Shown piece after piece: positions 14,231 through 35,700 of a stretch of 64,000 bases of DNA. A model generated the notes under the pieces. The model was given only the letters and a program-made list of their open reading frames with translations. It did not search any database and was not told the DNA's origin. Within the stretch, counting starts at the first letter, position 1. Each line of letters opens with the position of its first letter. The position numbers and the translations under genes are program-made. Source of the DNA: the human T2T-CHM13v2.0 reference genome, Homo sapiens; NCBI RefSeq assembly GCF_009914755.1, contig NC_060932.1; one strand, 5' to 3'.

Positions 14231-14794
14231 GTGGACCACAACCTGCTTTGCCAGCCTGTTTCCCCATCATGACAGCGAAGCCTCCAGGCTGGGTGCCCCA
14301 GAGAAGGGAGGAGCAGGAGCAGCAGGAAACAGCTGTCACTGCTATGCCTTTGGGATCATAAGGAGCTAACAGCCCAGAAACCCAGGCTTTCTTGAAAGAT
14401 GAAAAGGAGTCCTGATTTCCTAAATTCTCATATTAAAAGTAAAGCTTAGTGGATTATCAGATCTTATTTTCTTTCTATTTATGCCATATAGGATATGATG
14501 TAGAAGTTCCTCCCACCTGATAGGGGGAGGGCAGAGAATGGTGGGACAGGGAGAAAAGATAAATGCCAGATAGGTTGAAGGGGAAGCCAAAAACAGAGGT
14601 GATATTGAGTCTCCAAACTCAACCTGGAATTCCAGGGGATGCTGCCCCATGACACAGGGTGGCTGAGGTGGGAATGGTAGCCTGATGGAATACATCAGCA
14701 GAAAAAGGGCCTGGGAGACTCCCCGGGCCTCCTCCACCTCCGTCATGGATGGAAAGGATCCATAAGGGTCACTTGCTCATTGAAAAGTCATTTA

Positions 14795-15960
<1,166 letters not shown>

Positions 15961-16528
15961 GTGCCTTTAGTGGGAACTAAGAAAACATCTGAGCGTGGAG
16001 AAAGAATGCATCTGCCCTGTGGGGTTGCTGTGCTGATGGGGCAAAGTGAGCATGCCCAGGAACTTTGAAGTGGACAGTCCATAGATCAGAGGAAGCATGT
16101 GGCTGACACTCTGAGGACCTATAGCACAGCAAGAGCCAAAGTGGGGGTCCTTGGGCCCTCTTTTGGCCAAGGAAACAGACCGCATGCATCACCAGCTATG
16201 GACACTTTAGAGTTTGCAGTAGACAGAGGCCAATTCCCAGGTACTAGGAGTCATCACAGTGATCAACGGAGAAGGGTGGTATGGGACACCCCTCCTCTCA
16301 GTGCCTCAAGGATGCAAAAGTGTCACCTCATGCCCACTCTCCATGTTTTCCTTTTGGAGGAAAGAAACAATCCCAACTGAAAGTGAGTTTGAACTTTGAG
16401 AGAATATTTACCCCCAAATGAAACTGCTTTCAATAGGAAGAGACCGAGTAAACTTAACTTGCAAGTTTATTATTATTTTTCTACCATGCCGGGGAATGGG
16501 CTTTTGAACAGTCTCCATTCAGATGTAG

Positions 16529-16865
<337 letters not shown>

Positions 16866-17291
16866 AAGAAGCAACTGTTTTGCACATTAGATTGGCAGTG
16901 TGTTAATTTAAGACCCTTGATACAGATATTACCACTTAGAAAAAATAATTGCAATCCTTTTCAATAACAGTGATGAATTCTGGCTAAGTTTGTTCTGATT
17001 GGCTTTCTTGACTAAAGGACAACTTTATGGTGGGCATTCCTGCAGCAAGATCAGTAGGCCAGGCTGGTGGAGGAGAGATTTGGTGAGGTGGGCCTTTCAG
17101 GACCCCACCTGTCCAACCAAGTGAGTCCTAACTGCCCTGGGTGTGGATAGAGCTGACTTTCCCATATCAGAGGATGCTTTAGTGACTGTGGAGGAAACAC
17201 ACGTCCTTAGAAATAACTAGTCAGAAGATAACAGCAATACTATTATTTTAAGAAAATAACCAGAGGGAAGGTTGATAATAACAAGCACTGA

Positions 17292-17612
<321 letters not shown>

Positions 17613-18658
17613 CCCTTTTCTAAAAAAAAAAGAATCTGTCCATCCCCTGCTCCCTTTCAGGTAGCCACAGCACTTGGGATGGAGTTGATCTTCCCAGGAG
17701 CCATCTTACCCCATTTGATTCCTGAATGAATCAGTGAGGTGCCTGAATGTGCTGCTCTCAACTTTGCAAACCTGCTCTGAGGGTACACAGCCCTTCCTTG
17801 GGCCGCTCCGGGGGTCCAGCAAGGATAAAAGACAGTTTTTTGGCACATGGCCACTTATTACTTCACACTCTGGTCATGCTGTGATGTCAGACTTTACCCC
17901 GAAGCCTTGCAAAGGGATGAAGCCAACCCCAGGAAGCCTGGGAGTCTAGAGGAGATGCGGTCAGTTCTAGGAGCTTTGGGAGAGAGGTTGGGCTTGAAGG
18001 CAGGGGCTCCATTTCTGACTCCCAGTGGAAAAGAATCAATCTAACAACTTCTGCTCACATCCTGGAAGAGGCAGGGAAGATGGATGGTGGTGCACTGGAC
18101 AACATCTGCCGCTGCAGTGGTAGCCCCTCCACCCTTCAGTGTAACCTGAGAAGTGTGGTGCTGGCGGCCTGCTCCAGCCCTGCTTGAGCAGGGAGGAGGA
18201 GGCAGGGTGGGGGCTGTAGCTCTGCCAGCGGAGTGGGGCTGGACCTGTTCCTTGGCGTGTGCCTGGATGTGATTTGCTTCCCTCAGTACCAGACCGCAGG
18301 CTTCGTGTGAATTGACAGAAAATAAGAAACCACCAGCAGAAAGCATCTTGTCTGGCTCTTTTCCAGACATCGTCCTTGTGAGCCCAGTGGGGCTCTGACA
18401 TCCTGCTGTTTTGTGGATTTGAAGAAGAAAAGTCAGGGCATACCCTGCCTTGTTCCAGAAAGAATTTAGGGGCTCTTTGGAACGATGCACACAGCCCAAT
18501 GAGATGGCACATGAGTCTCCATAAATATTTGGTGAAGGTGGTCATAGGGAGACACATGGGATACAGTCGAATATTGATAGGAGTCAGAGTGAAGAGAGCC
18601 ATAAAGCCCTTGGCTTCTTTCATAGGTGCTATTAAAGTGGGGAGAATGATAGCACCTA

Positions 18659-19035
<377 letters not shown>

Positions 19036-19266
19036 CTATAATTATTGCATTGATGATGACGGTTATTTCTATTGTGAGGCAATTCTAGGTGGCAGTCTTT
19101 CCTATGGTTCCATTGAATGTAGACTTGAACCTGATTCTGGATTTACTGTCTCTATGATCATGGATGGATTAAGTGACCTCTCTAAGCCTCAATTTTTATT
19201 TCTATTATGCAGAGATGATAGTACCTACCTCACAGCATTGTCTTGAGAGAAACAAGAATGTCATGT

Positions 19267-19681
19267 TGTCTTAGCTTGGGCTGCCATAACAAAATAGCAT
19301 GGACTGGGTGGCTTAAACAGCAGAAATTTCTCACAATTCTGAAGGCTGGGACGTCCAGGATTTAGGTGCTGTCTAGGTAGGTTTTGTTCGTAGACCTCTT
19401 TTCTTGATTTGTAGGTGGCTACCATTGTTCTGTGGGCTCACGTGATCTCTTTGTGTGCAGAGGAGGGAGAGAAAGAGAGAGGTGGGGAGAGAGATCAGGC
19501 TCTCTGGTGTCTCTTCTTAGAACGACACTAATTTCATCATGAGAGTCTGACCCCCATGACTTCATCTAATCCTAATTACCACCCAAAGGCCCTATCTCCA
19601 AATATGATCACACAGGGGTTAAAGCTTCAGCATATGAATGGTGTGTGTGTAGGGGTGGACACAAACATTCAGTCCATAACA
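19267..19681 (-). mobile_element. MLT1A-type MaLR LTR
   Basis: TGTCTTAGCTTGGGCTGCCATAACAAAATA...ACATTCAGTCCATAACA. Confidence 0.85.
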
Positions 19682-21709
19682 GCACCACAGAGGATCTATG
19701 GAGCTGTTCTCTACACCACTAGAAGAATCAGAACCTCACCTCTGTTAGTAAGATAATGGCCTTGAATTTCTACACAGCCTGCAATCCCATTGACTTCCAC
19801 TTGGCTTTAGTTGGAAGTCGAGAAGAGTGGTGGGCCCTGAACCTCTGCCCTCACCCTTATTCCTTCATTTATTTTATTTTACAGTCTTAGAGATTAGGAA
19901 TTTATCACATATTGCACACAACATACGCATAATATCACTTATAATTCTGTTTCTACACAAGCACCTAGGAACTAATTTAATAAAAGACTAAGGATGCTAA
20001 AAAGCCTAATGGTCTCTCCCATCTCCTGCTTCTGCCCAGGGGCCCCTTGGTCTGAATCTCTCTCCAGAGTGTGCTCTCACCTATGGGCATGATATTCAAA
20101 ACACTTGCCATCCAACCACTCCCATAGACCTACAATGGCTGGCCTGGGTCCTGGAGGCCCCTGCTGTTCCCAGACCCTTTATTGACTCACCAGGACTGGT
20201 CTTTCCATATTTAACAGCCATTATAGTGCACAGTTGTGTACCCACTGAGTCTTGGCCTTGCTCCTGCACAACCTCGACACTAAAAAGCAGTTCTTTCTGG
20301 GACCCAGATTTAGAACCCGGAGATTCCCACTCAGCACCTAACCTTCATCTGCAGCCCACCCCCTCTACTCCCTTGTCTGATTTGTATGTTGTCTGCCTAT
20401 TGCACTAAATGGTAAGCTCCTTTGAGAACTCCAGCAGTGTTTTATCCACTGCCTGCAGGGCTCAATGCTGTGCTTTGAGTAAATCTTTGGAACCACTCTG
20501 ATGATGTGAACATCACTCTCTGACAGATACGTGTATGGACTGAAGGTTTATCTATGGTGTTTTGTTATGGCAGCCTGAGCTGACTAAAACAGGCCTCACC
20601 AGTTTTTTTTTTTTTTTTTTTTTAATGTGTGATAGGTCAGGGAAAGGTCTTCTTACTTTTTCCTCTACCTTCTTGTCCACCTTCCGTGTGCTTTTATCAT
20701 CATCTGTCTACCTATCCATATCTGCTCTCAAGAAAGGCCTGATGTAATCAGCAGCATGAATGGTGGGACCTGATAAAGAAGAAACCCTTTCAAGGGGAAT
20801 TGTAGTGGAGCAGGCACTAATATTTTGGCCAAAGGATTTTCTAACTGTGGTATATCAAACGTCAGGTCCTTCCAGTCATATATGGGAAATCCAAAGCATG
20901 CTAGCCTTGTGGCCCTGCTGGGCATACAGTAAGCACTCAGTAGATGTTTGAAAGTTAGTTAGCTGAACATGTCAGCATCTACTCATCAGTAGACACTAAT
21001 TGGGGCATCCTGTAGAGGAGAAAGAACATTTCTTTGGGGACATTGTCAACTTGAAGCAGCCTCTTAGTAGAAGAAAGAACTACCAGGGGTTCTAGCCTGG
21101 TGCTTTTCCCTTGACTCTTCTCAGCCAATTGGGGGTTATTGTGGAGTCTCCACATCTAACCACGGCCTATGGAATTGGAGAAATCTGGAGGGACTGAGGT
21201 TTCCCAAGCCTGCCTGACCTTCTGTTCTCAGCTGTCTTGCATGTTTAAGCCATCTCTGTTGTTTTCTCAGGGCTATTCTCTGAAGCTTTTGAAAGAAACG
21301 AAGCACCTTTTAGCATGTCTAATTGCAGAATTTGGCCATAGAAGAAAATGAACACAACACAATGTAATGAACTCTTAAAATGCTCTCCTGCCTAAAGATT
21401 CTTCTCTGAGCCAATGTCTCTCTAATGCTCTAATCTTTTTCTGATTAAAAAAAAAAAAACAGAGCTAGGCTCTAAGGAGTACAATGCTTTCTTTTTTTTT
21501 TTTTATTATACTTTAAGTTTTAGGGTACATGTGCACATTGTGCAGGTTAGTTACATATGTATACATGTGCCATGCTGGTGCACTGCACCCACTAACTCGT
21601 CATCTAGCATTAGGTATATCTCCCGATGCTATCCCTCCCCCCTCCCCCCACCCCACAACAGTCCCCAGAGTGTGATATTCCCCTTCCTGTGTCCATGTGA
21701 TCTCATTGT

Positions 21710-26952
<5,243 letters not shown>

Positions 26953-26988
26953 TTAGTTGATGCAGTTTCTTCCTAGTCTCGATGGTCT

Positions 26989-28005
26989 TTACATTTTGGC
27001 ATGATTTTGCAGCAGCTGGTACCGGTTGTTCCTTTCCATGTTTAGTGCTTCCTTCAGGAGTTCTTGTAAGGCAGGCCTGGTGGTGACAAAATCTCTCAGC
27101 CTTTGCTTGTCTGTAAAGTATTTTATTTCTCCTTCACTTATGAAGCTTAGTTTGGCTGGATATGAAATTCTGGGTTGAAAATTCTTTTCTTTAAGAATGT
27201 TGAATATTGGCCCCCACTCTCTTCTGGCTTGTAGGGTTTCTGCCAAGAGATCCGCTGTTAGTCTGATGGGCTTCCCTTTGAGGGTAACCCGACCTTTCTC
27301 TCTGGCTGCCCTTAACATTTTTTCCTTCATTTCAACTTTGGTGAATCTGACAATTATGTGTCTTGGAGTTGCTCTTCTCGAGGAGTATCTTTGTGGCGTT
27401 CTCTGTATTTCCTGAATCTGAACGTTGGCCTGCCTTGCTAGATTGGGGAAGTTCTCCTGGATGATATCCTGCAGATTGTTTTCCAACTTGGTTCCATTCT
27501 CCGCATCACTTTCAGGTACACGAATCAGACTTAGATTTGGTCTTTTCACATAGTCCCATATTTCTTGGAGGCTTTGCTCATTTCTTTTTATTCTTTTTTC
27601 TCTAAACTTCCCTTCTCGCTTCATTTCATTCATTTCATCTTCCATCACTGATACCCTTTCTTCCAGTTGATCGCATCAGCTTCTGAGGCTTCTGCATTCT
27701 TCACGTAGTTCTTGAGCCTTGGTTTTCAGCTCCATCAGCTCCTTTAAGCACTTCTCTGTATTGGTTATTCTAGTTATACATTCTTCTAAATTTTTTTCAA
27801 AGTTTTCAACTTCTTTGCCTTTGGTTTGAATGTCCTCCCGTAGCTCAGAGTAATTTGATCGTCTGAAGCCTTCTTCTCTCAGCTTGTCAAAGTCATTCTC
27901 CATCCAGCTTTGTTCCGTTGCTGGTGAGGAACTGCGTTCCTTTGGAGGAGGAGAGGCGCTCTGCTTTTTAGAGTTTCCAGTTTTTCTGTTCTGTTTTTTC
28001 CCCAT
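26989..28005 (-). pseudogene. L1 ORF1p, 338 codons with in-frame premature stop at codon 110
   Basis: MGKKQNRKTGNSK...LQNHAKM; the two ORF-track pieces share a frame and are split by TGA at 27676-27678 (likely CGA>TGA). Confidence 0.97.
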
Positions 28006-28912
28006 CTTTGTGGTTTTATCTACTTTTGGTCTTTGATGATGGTGATGTACAGATGGGTGTTTGGTGTGGATGTCCTTTCCGTTTGTTAGTTTTCCTTCTA
28101 ATGGACAGGACCCTCAGCTGCAGGTCTGTTGGAGTACCCTGCCGTGTGAGGTGTCAGTGTGCCCCTGCTGGGGGGTGCCTCCCAGTTAGGCTGCTCGGGG
28201 GTCAGGGGTCAGGGACCCACTTGAGGAGGCAGTCTGCCCATTCTCAGATCTCCAGCTGCATGCTGGGAGAACCACTGCTCTCTTCAAAGCTGTCAGACAG
28301 GGACATTTAAGTCTGCAGAGGTTACTGCTGTCTTTTTGTTTGTCTGTGCCCTGCCCCCAGAGGTGGAGCCTACAGAGGCAGGCAGGCCTCCTTGAGCTGT
28401 GGTGGGCTCCACCCAGTTGGAGCTTCCAGGCTGCTTTGTTTACCTAAGCAAGCCTGGGCAATGGCGGTCGCCCCTCTCCCAGCCTGGCTGCCGCCTTGCA
28501 GTTTGATCTCAGACTGCTGTGCTAGCAATCAGCGAGACTCTGTGGGCGTAGGACCCTCCGAGCCAGGTGCAGGATATAATCTCCTGGTGCGCCCTTTTTT
28601 AAGCCCTTCGGAAAAGCGCAGTATTCGGGTGGGAGTGACCTGATTTTCCAGGTGCCGTCCGTCACCCCCTTCTTTGACTCAGAAAGGGAACTCCCTGACC
28701 CCTTGCGCTTCCCAAGTGAGGCAATGCCTCACCTTGCTTTGGCTCGCGCACGGTGCGCGCACCCACTGACCTGCGCCCACTGCCTGGCACTCCCTAGTGA
28801 GATGAACCCAGTACCTCAGATGGAAATGCAGAAATCACCCGTCTTCTGCGTCGCTCATGCTGGGAGCTGTAGACCGGAGCTGTTCCTATTCGGCCATCTT
28901 GGCTCCTCCTCC
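28006..28912 (-). promoter_or_regulatory. L1 5'UTR with sense promoter (YY1 site intact) and antisense promoter region
   Basis: CAAGATGGCCG at 28891-28901 (minus); CpG-rich; short (~0.9 kb) UTR form. Confidence 0.85.
28461..28643 (+). pseudogene. L1 ORF0, 60 aa, slightly truncated
   Basis: MAVAPLPAWLPPCSLISDCCASNQRDSVGVGPSEPG...IRVGVT* resembles primate L1 ORF0; early TGA. Confidence 0.8.
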
Positions 28913-30312
28913 TAGCCTGAGTACAATGCTTTCAAGTGGCTAGGGTGCCAAGGTACCATCTAAGTGATCTCCTAGAGACCTGAAAGAGCTAAGTGGGCTT
29001 CCTAAAAATATTACTTCTCTTGGGGATAGGACTTTAAACTTCTCAGAGCAATTTCAGATCTGTTATCTCTCTTATCTTAGTGACAACCTCATGTGGAAAG
29101 GCAGAGACATTTAGGGCCAGAGGTCCAGGGATGTTGAGTGCTTTTTAGAAGATCCTATAGCTGGTTGGCAACCAAAATAAGGTCTAGAGAGACACTGCGG
29201 GGAGTGTGAGGGCCTGTGAGCCTCTATTAGGGATAAAACAAATAACAAGTGTTTCCTTTTGTCCCTGGTTAGTCAGGGAGAAACTGGGGGAAATTGCTGG
29301 TGGAAGGACAGTGTTTACCTACAATGGAAGAAATGATGACATAAAGTCTGAGTGGAGTTGGGTGTGTCAGATGCCTGAGAATTACCGAAGTGTTAGTTTT
29401 TTGTCATTAACAACAGCAACAAACATTTATTAAGTGCTAACTCTGTGTAAGGCCCAAGGCTAGATGCAACAGTAAATAAGACATGAGGTTTGTGGTTTGT
29501 CTGGGGAGATAAGACAAAATTACTTGAAAAAACACAAATGTTAAGAAAAGATGGTACTTGGTGGTTGCTGAATGAGTGGTAGGAGAACAATGGCTCAAAG
29601 AGTTTGAAAGTGGGAAAGAGAAAGTTCTCCTGAGATGGTCAGAGGGAGGGAGTTTCTAGTGATAGGATCTCAGAAGGTGCAGAAAGGTAGAGAGAGCATT
29701 TATGGTTCAAATAGTGTAGCAAAATACACAGAGGCAAGATAATACAAGGCTTCTGTGGGGCAGGGGCATGAGTAGATCAGTTTGGAAAGAGTAGAGAGCT
29801 GATTTAGGAAATGGAATGGGGAACCCCAGTAGAAAGGAAAATAGAATGAGGCTAGAATGTCAGGCTAGGAATGACTTGCAACCTCACACTAGGGGTTTCC
29901 CATGGAAAACCTAGGAACCTTTTTGAATGACATGTAAAAGCAGAGCACAGGGGCCAGCCCATCCTCTGTGAAGGCTGTCATCACACTGGGGCTTTCATAA
30001 GTTGCATCGCTGGGCACTGTGCTTGTGCCTGGAGACCCCAAGGTAAATAGGAACAGTTCTTGTCTTCAAGGAGCTTTTGGCTCAATGCCAGGGACTCGAC
30101 CAGCACAAAGTCTTCTTGGTAAAGTTACTGGCCACTGTTGCCAACTTCCATCTTTTCTTATGTCTACTTTGTATCAACCTCCTTATGTTATTCCTTTAAT
30201 TCTTTAAATATTAGGTTCCATTAGGTTCCAGTGAAAACTGTTGGAGACTGAGCCAATGTCTCCTCAAGGTGACTTTGAATGCTTCTGGTCTAATTCCAGC
30301 ATTATATGTTGA

Positions 30313-30657
<345 letters not shown>

Positions 30658-31249
30658 ATCTCTAAATTATTAATAAATGTTCCATTGTGATACCTGACTG
30701 CTGCATAAATACAAGTTCAACTATAAGCTTGAAAGTCTGCAATTTCTGGAATATACATGATATTTTTGAAAATAGGATAAGAAGTTGTTCATTTCCAGTC
30801 TTCGTCTCTGTCTCCATTTCTCACATTCCACATTGGGAATTGACAGTGGCAGGTTCTCTTCGTATTGAGTATAGGCTTGATTCAAACCTGGAGACTTGAA
30901 ACTTATTTAAAGCTGTCAAATGTTTTCCTAGCACCTCCACTGCTAGGATCTCAGTCTTGCCTTTGCCATCATCACCACGATGACCTTCAGTTTTGAATAT
31001 CTATTTGCTAGGAAATGTACTGAAAAAAATGTAGTAGGTGTCTACAGTTCAATGTAAAAATGGCCTACACTCATTCTAGTAACATCAGAGGGTAGATATT
31101 AATATCCCCATTAGACAGATAAGGACACTGGGGTCCAATTAAGTGATTTGCCCAAAACTACATCCCCTGAAGTGGGGATTTGAATGCGGACCTATCCAGT
31201 TCCAAAGCCAAAGCTTGCGTCAGCATAGGACACCCACTGTTTGCCCTAC

Positions 31250-31564
31250 TTCTTTTTCTATCTTTTTTTTTTTTTTTAGACATGGTCTCACTTTGTTGCC
31301 TAGGCTGGAGTGCAGTGGTGCCATCATAGCTCACTGCAGCCTTGGATTCCTGGTCTCAAGTGATCCTCTTGCCTCAGCCTCCAGAGTAGCTGGGACTATA
31401 GGCATGTGCCACCATGCCTGGCTAATTTTTTTTTTTTTTTTTGGTGGAGAAGGGGGATCTCACTGTGTTGCCCAGGCTGGTCTCAAACTCCTGGGCTCAA
31501 ACGACCCTCCCGCCTCGGCCTTCCAAAATGCTGAGATTACAGATGTGAGCCACCATGCTTGGCC
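31250..31564 (-). mobile_element. AluJ
   Basis: ATCATAGCTCACTGCAGCCT and CTGGGCTCAA AluJ diagnostics. Confidence 0.92.
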
Positions 31565-31625
31565 TGCCCTTCTTCTTTACAGCCATATGTATTACTTGTG
31601 GTTCCCCCAGTACCTTCCCCTGTAG

Positions 31626-32119
<494 letters not shown>

Positions 32120-32599
32120 TAATAACTATCTCAGAGGATGTTGTGAGGTTTGATAGAGATGTGTGGCCCCTAGGACAGGGCCTGGAACAGTAGTATGAGC
32201 TCAGTAAATGGGGCTGTTACAAGATCTGTGTTCACAGTCTGGGGAATCCCAATTCCTCGGCACACGGCTTCTGCGGTGCCGTTTCTTCTCATCCGCTTTC
32301 CCCGGTCAAGTTCTTCCAACCACCCCCTTGAGTTGGTTCTGATTCTTCTCTATCACAGAAACTTTTTATTTCCCTTTTTGACTTTCATCTCAGCCTATTT
32401 CCTACATTCTGCCCCATTTACTGAGATGGCTTCTTAATTCTTTTATGTTCTCCTTTGGCTTGAGAGTCACCCGATATAATTGGTGACTGCCACAAGAAAT
32501 TTTTAAAAAAGCAAAAATAGGACATCTACTACAGGCTGTTGGCACTAGTTCCTTGCTGTCTAGACATCTTGGGGCACATGTGTACTGTGCTTTCCCTAA

Positions 32600-32758
32600 C
32601 CAAGGGTTCCTGAACCAGCAATATCAGCATCACCTGGCAATTTGTTACGAATACAGACTCTGTCTCCACTCCAGAAACCCTGGGTGTGGCCAGTTGCTTG
32701 TGTTTTTACAAGCCCTCCAGGGGATTCTGATGCAATTTATGTTTGAGAAGCACTGCTA
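32600..32758. mobile_element. MER5A (hAT-Charlie)
   Basis: CAGCATCACCTGG...ACAAGCCCTCCAGGGGATTCTGATGC...GTTTGAGAAGCACTG. Confidence 0.75.
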
Positions 32759-35700
32759 GAACCCCCTGGAAAGTTCTATGAATTGGGACCTTGGTTGTAC
32801 CTCTCTAGGCTGCCCAGCTACTCCCTTTTTGGGCTAGCCTTAGCCTGTGGCCAGGTGTTTTTGGCACTAGTTTGTATGTTCTGAATCCTATACTTGTGTT
32901 GAGTTGTTGGCTCTGCTAACTGATGGGCTAGACACCTTTTGATGTGCTAGACACCAAATAGCTTCACAGAACTTAATTATTGAGGGTGGTTCATTTTCCC
33001 TGATTGGAATTAAATTTAGGTTAAATTTCACTTGCTTCTTTGAAAAAATGATGTAGACTTATTGTTTAGCATAAGCTACACAGCTTTCTTTTATTATATA
33101 GCCCAAGTGTCCATTTGTCTCTTAAGAGTCACCCTTCTTTAATATATTTGGGGTGCTTTATTGTTATTGTTAGGGCTATTATCTAAGGCATATCTTGTAT
33201 GAAATCTTGCTTGAAGACTATTCTTGGGTTAGTAGGAATATGGATTACATTGTGAAGAGGTAAATATAAAATATATGGGATGGCATGGACTATATTGAAA
33301 TAGGTTCAAGAAGAGTTAGCGTCATGAGACTGTGAAACTCTTAAGGTGAGGGGTATGCCTTATTTGCCTTTGTGTCTCATTATCTAGCACCGCGCCTGTC
33401 AAATGTCTGTTGAGCACCTACTATGCACTAGGATCTGAGGCTTACAACGATGAGCAAAACAGATGTGGTTCTTGCCCTCATAAAGTTATGATGATTTAGC
33501 AGAACATAGTACATTCTTTATTACTAAGGGAAACTAAGAGTTTCTGGGATTTCTTGGACTCAGGAGTTAATATTAGGGAGGATCACCTAATGAATTGGAT
33601 GATGAAACTGGGTTAAAATGACACTTTAACATTTTTTGATAGCAGGTGCGAAAGTAACCCTAGTTTGAGTTTCTTAGAGAAGTCATCACTGTTGGCAAAG
33701 AGATGAAAATAAGCTGTATTACTTGGCATCTTGGGGTAACAGAAATGATGATGATAAGAGTGGCAGTCATAGTTAGTACATGCTAAGTGCTCATGATGTG
33801 CCAGGCAGGGTGCTAAGAGCTATGCAACCCTTATTCTATTAGTCTCATGAGCAGTGGACAAAGACTCTCATGCTGTTCTCCCGGCTCTGCCACTAACCTG
33901 CAGTGTGACTCTGGTAAATCACTTTGCTTCTCTGGGTCTCTGTGTTCTTGTCTATGAAGTGAGGTGTTTAGATTAAATGCTGTCTATGACTTTCAAGTCT
34001 ATGATACCACTCTCTTTGCATGCCTTATTAACCGTCAGTAGAGAAATGTTCAGTTAGGCTTAAGTTTAGACTTCATTCACTTCTCTCATGTTTAATGCTC
34101 TAACACCCTGTTTGAGGCATGGATAATGCATGGAGATGCATCAAGCTTTGCTCATATACTATGGCACTGTATAGCGTCTACAGATGACATTTCTTAAACA
34201 GGGCCCCGAATTAGGAAGGTATATACATGACTATCTCTAGAACTATCCTGTTTTTTTAACTACTGAATTTACCAAATAGTTTTTCTTTTTATAAATAATA
34301 AAGTATTAGATATTACATTAAAAGAGTATGTTCATGATATCACATTATTTTGCTTATAAACAGACTATAGAACTTATGCTAAATTTATGAGACGTGCAAC
34401 AGAATGTTACGGCGTTCTTGAGCCACCACTCTTTTACAAATTTGGCATCTACAGGCCTCAAAAGGCTGAAATGTTTTAAATTTACTTACACCCTGCAGTT
34501 TCCTTAGGGAACTGTTTTCCATAAGCTAATGAGGCGCTGGTGCAAGGCCTCTCTGTTATTCCTGGCAGGCACACTGAGACACATCGCCTGCTGCTCTGCT
34601 CTTTTCCTCAGTAGTCTACTGCAAATAATAAATATGGGGAAATACATCATCCCTTTGAATGTGGGAGCCAAGCTGCAGGGCTGCCAAGGTTAAAACAAAG
34701 CAATTGCAAGCTTGGAGCTCGTTCATGTCCTGTACCACATGTGCCCATACTTTAGGGGCACCCCGAATGTGGCCTTTATCATGTCAATTTGCTTATTCTG
34801 AGCACAAAGTTAGTCTTTTGAAATCTACTCTATAAAACAGGTCTTTCCAAAGAAGTTGTGTTTTGTGGATTAAATTCTATCCTGAGGTCAGGGAACTTGT
34901 CTTCTGGATTATCAAATAGTGAGGATTTATCGAGCACCTCCAAGGTGCCTAGCCCTATGTTGATGTGAGCCATGAAAAGAGGGAAGCAGAGTATACATCT
35001 TGCTTTCACGCGTGGTCATGGTCAGTCTGGAGAGGGTGTTTCAGATTACAAAGGCTTCTCTGACCAGGGGTGGCAACGTCATGTGTCCACCCAACTTCCT
35101 GGCAGAGGCCTGGGTGCACCCTTGGTACACAGCAAGCTTCCAATGACAGAATGAACGAGTAGGCGTTGCTGCTTTGTTTCTGGTCTTCCCTGAGAGCAAT
35201 CTAGTGATGGAAGTTACACTGATATTAACATCAGCACAGCCTGAGGACTAAACAGAAGTGGGTTAAATAGCCACAGGGTTTTCTTAGCCCCCAAACTCAG
35301 CCCCTAAAGCATGCAGATATTCTCACCTCCAGCTGTCCTTTGATATCACCCTCGTCCAGCTTAACTCCATATGGGCAATTAAGTCTGACTGATTTAATTG
35401 GACACGTTTCCCCCTTCTCTTTACTGCTTTGTTTTCTCTGCTTGTCACTCAGAGCTGGTTGAGGTCAACCCACAAGTGTTTCTTGAGTTGGGGGAGGCAG
35501 TAAAGGGATTTAAAAAAATCTATTTGGTGGCTCATGAGAAATGGTCTCTTCAGTAATTAAGCAGATGTTTCTGCCTTTGCTATAGTTCTTAGGTGGTCTT
35601 ACGTTCCAGAATAGACGGTAGGCCTGATGATTTAGAAAGTCCTTTTCCAGTTCTGGAACTTTACCAGAACCATGCTATCCTTCATGTCTAGAGGACCCTG

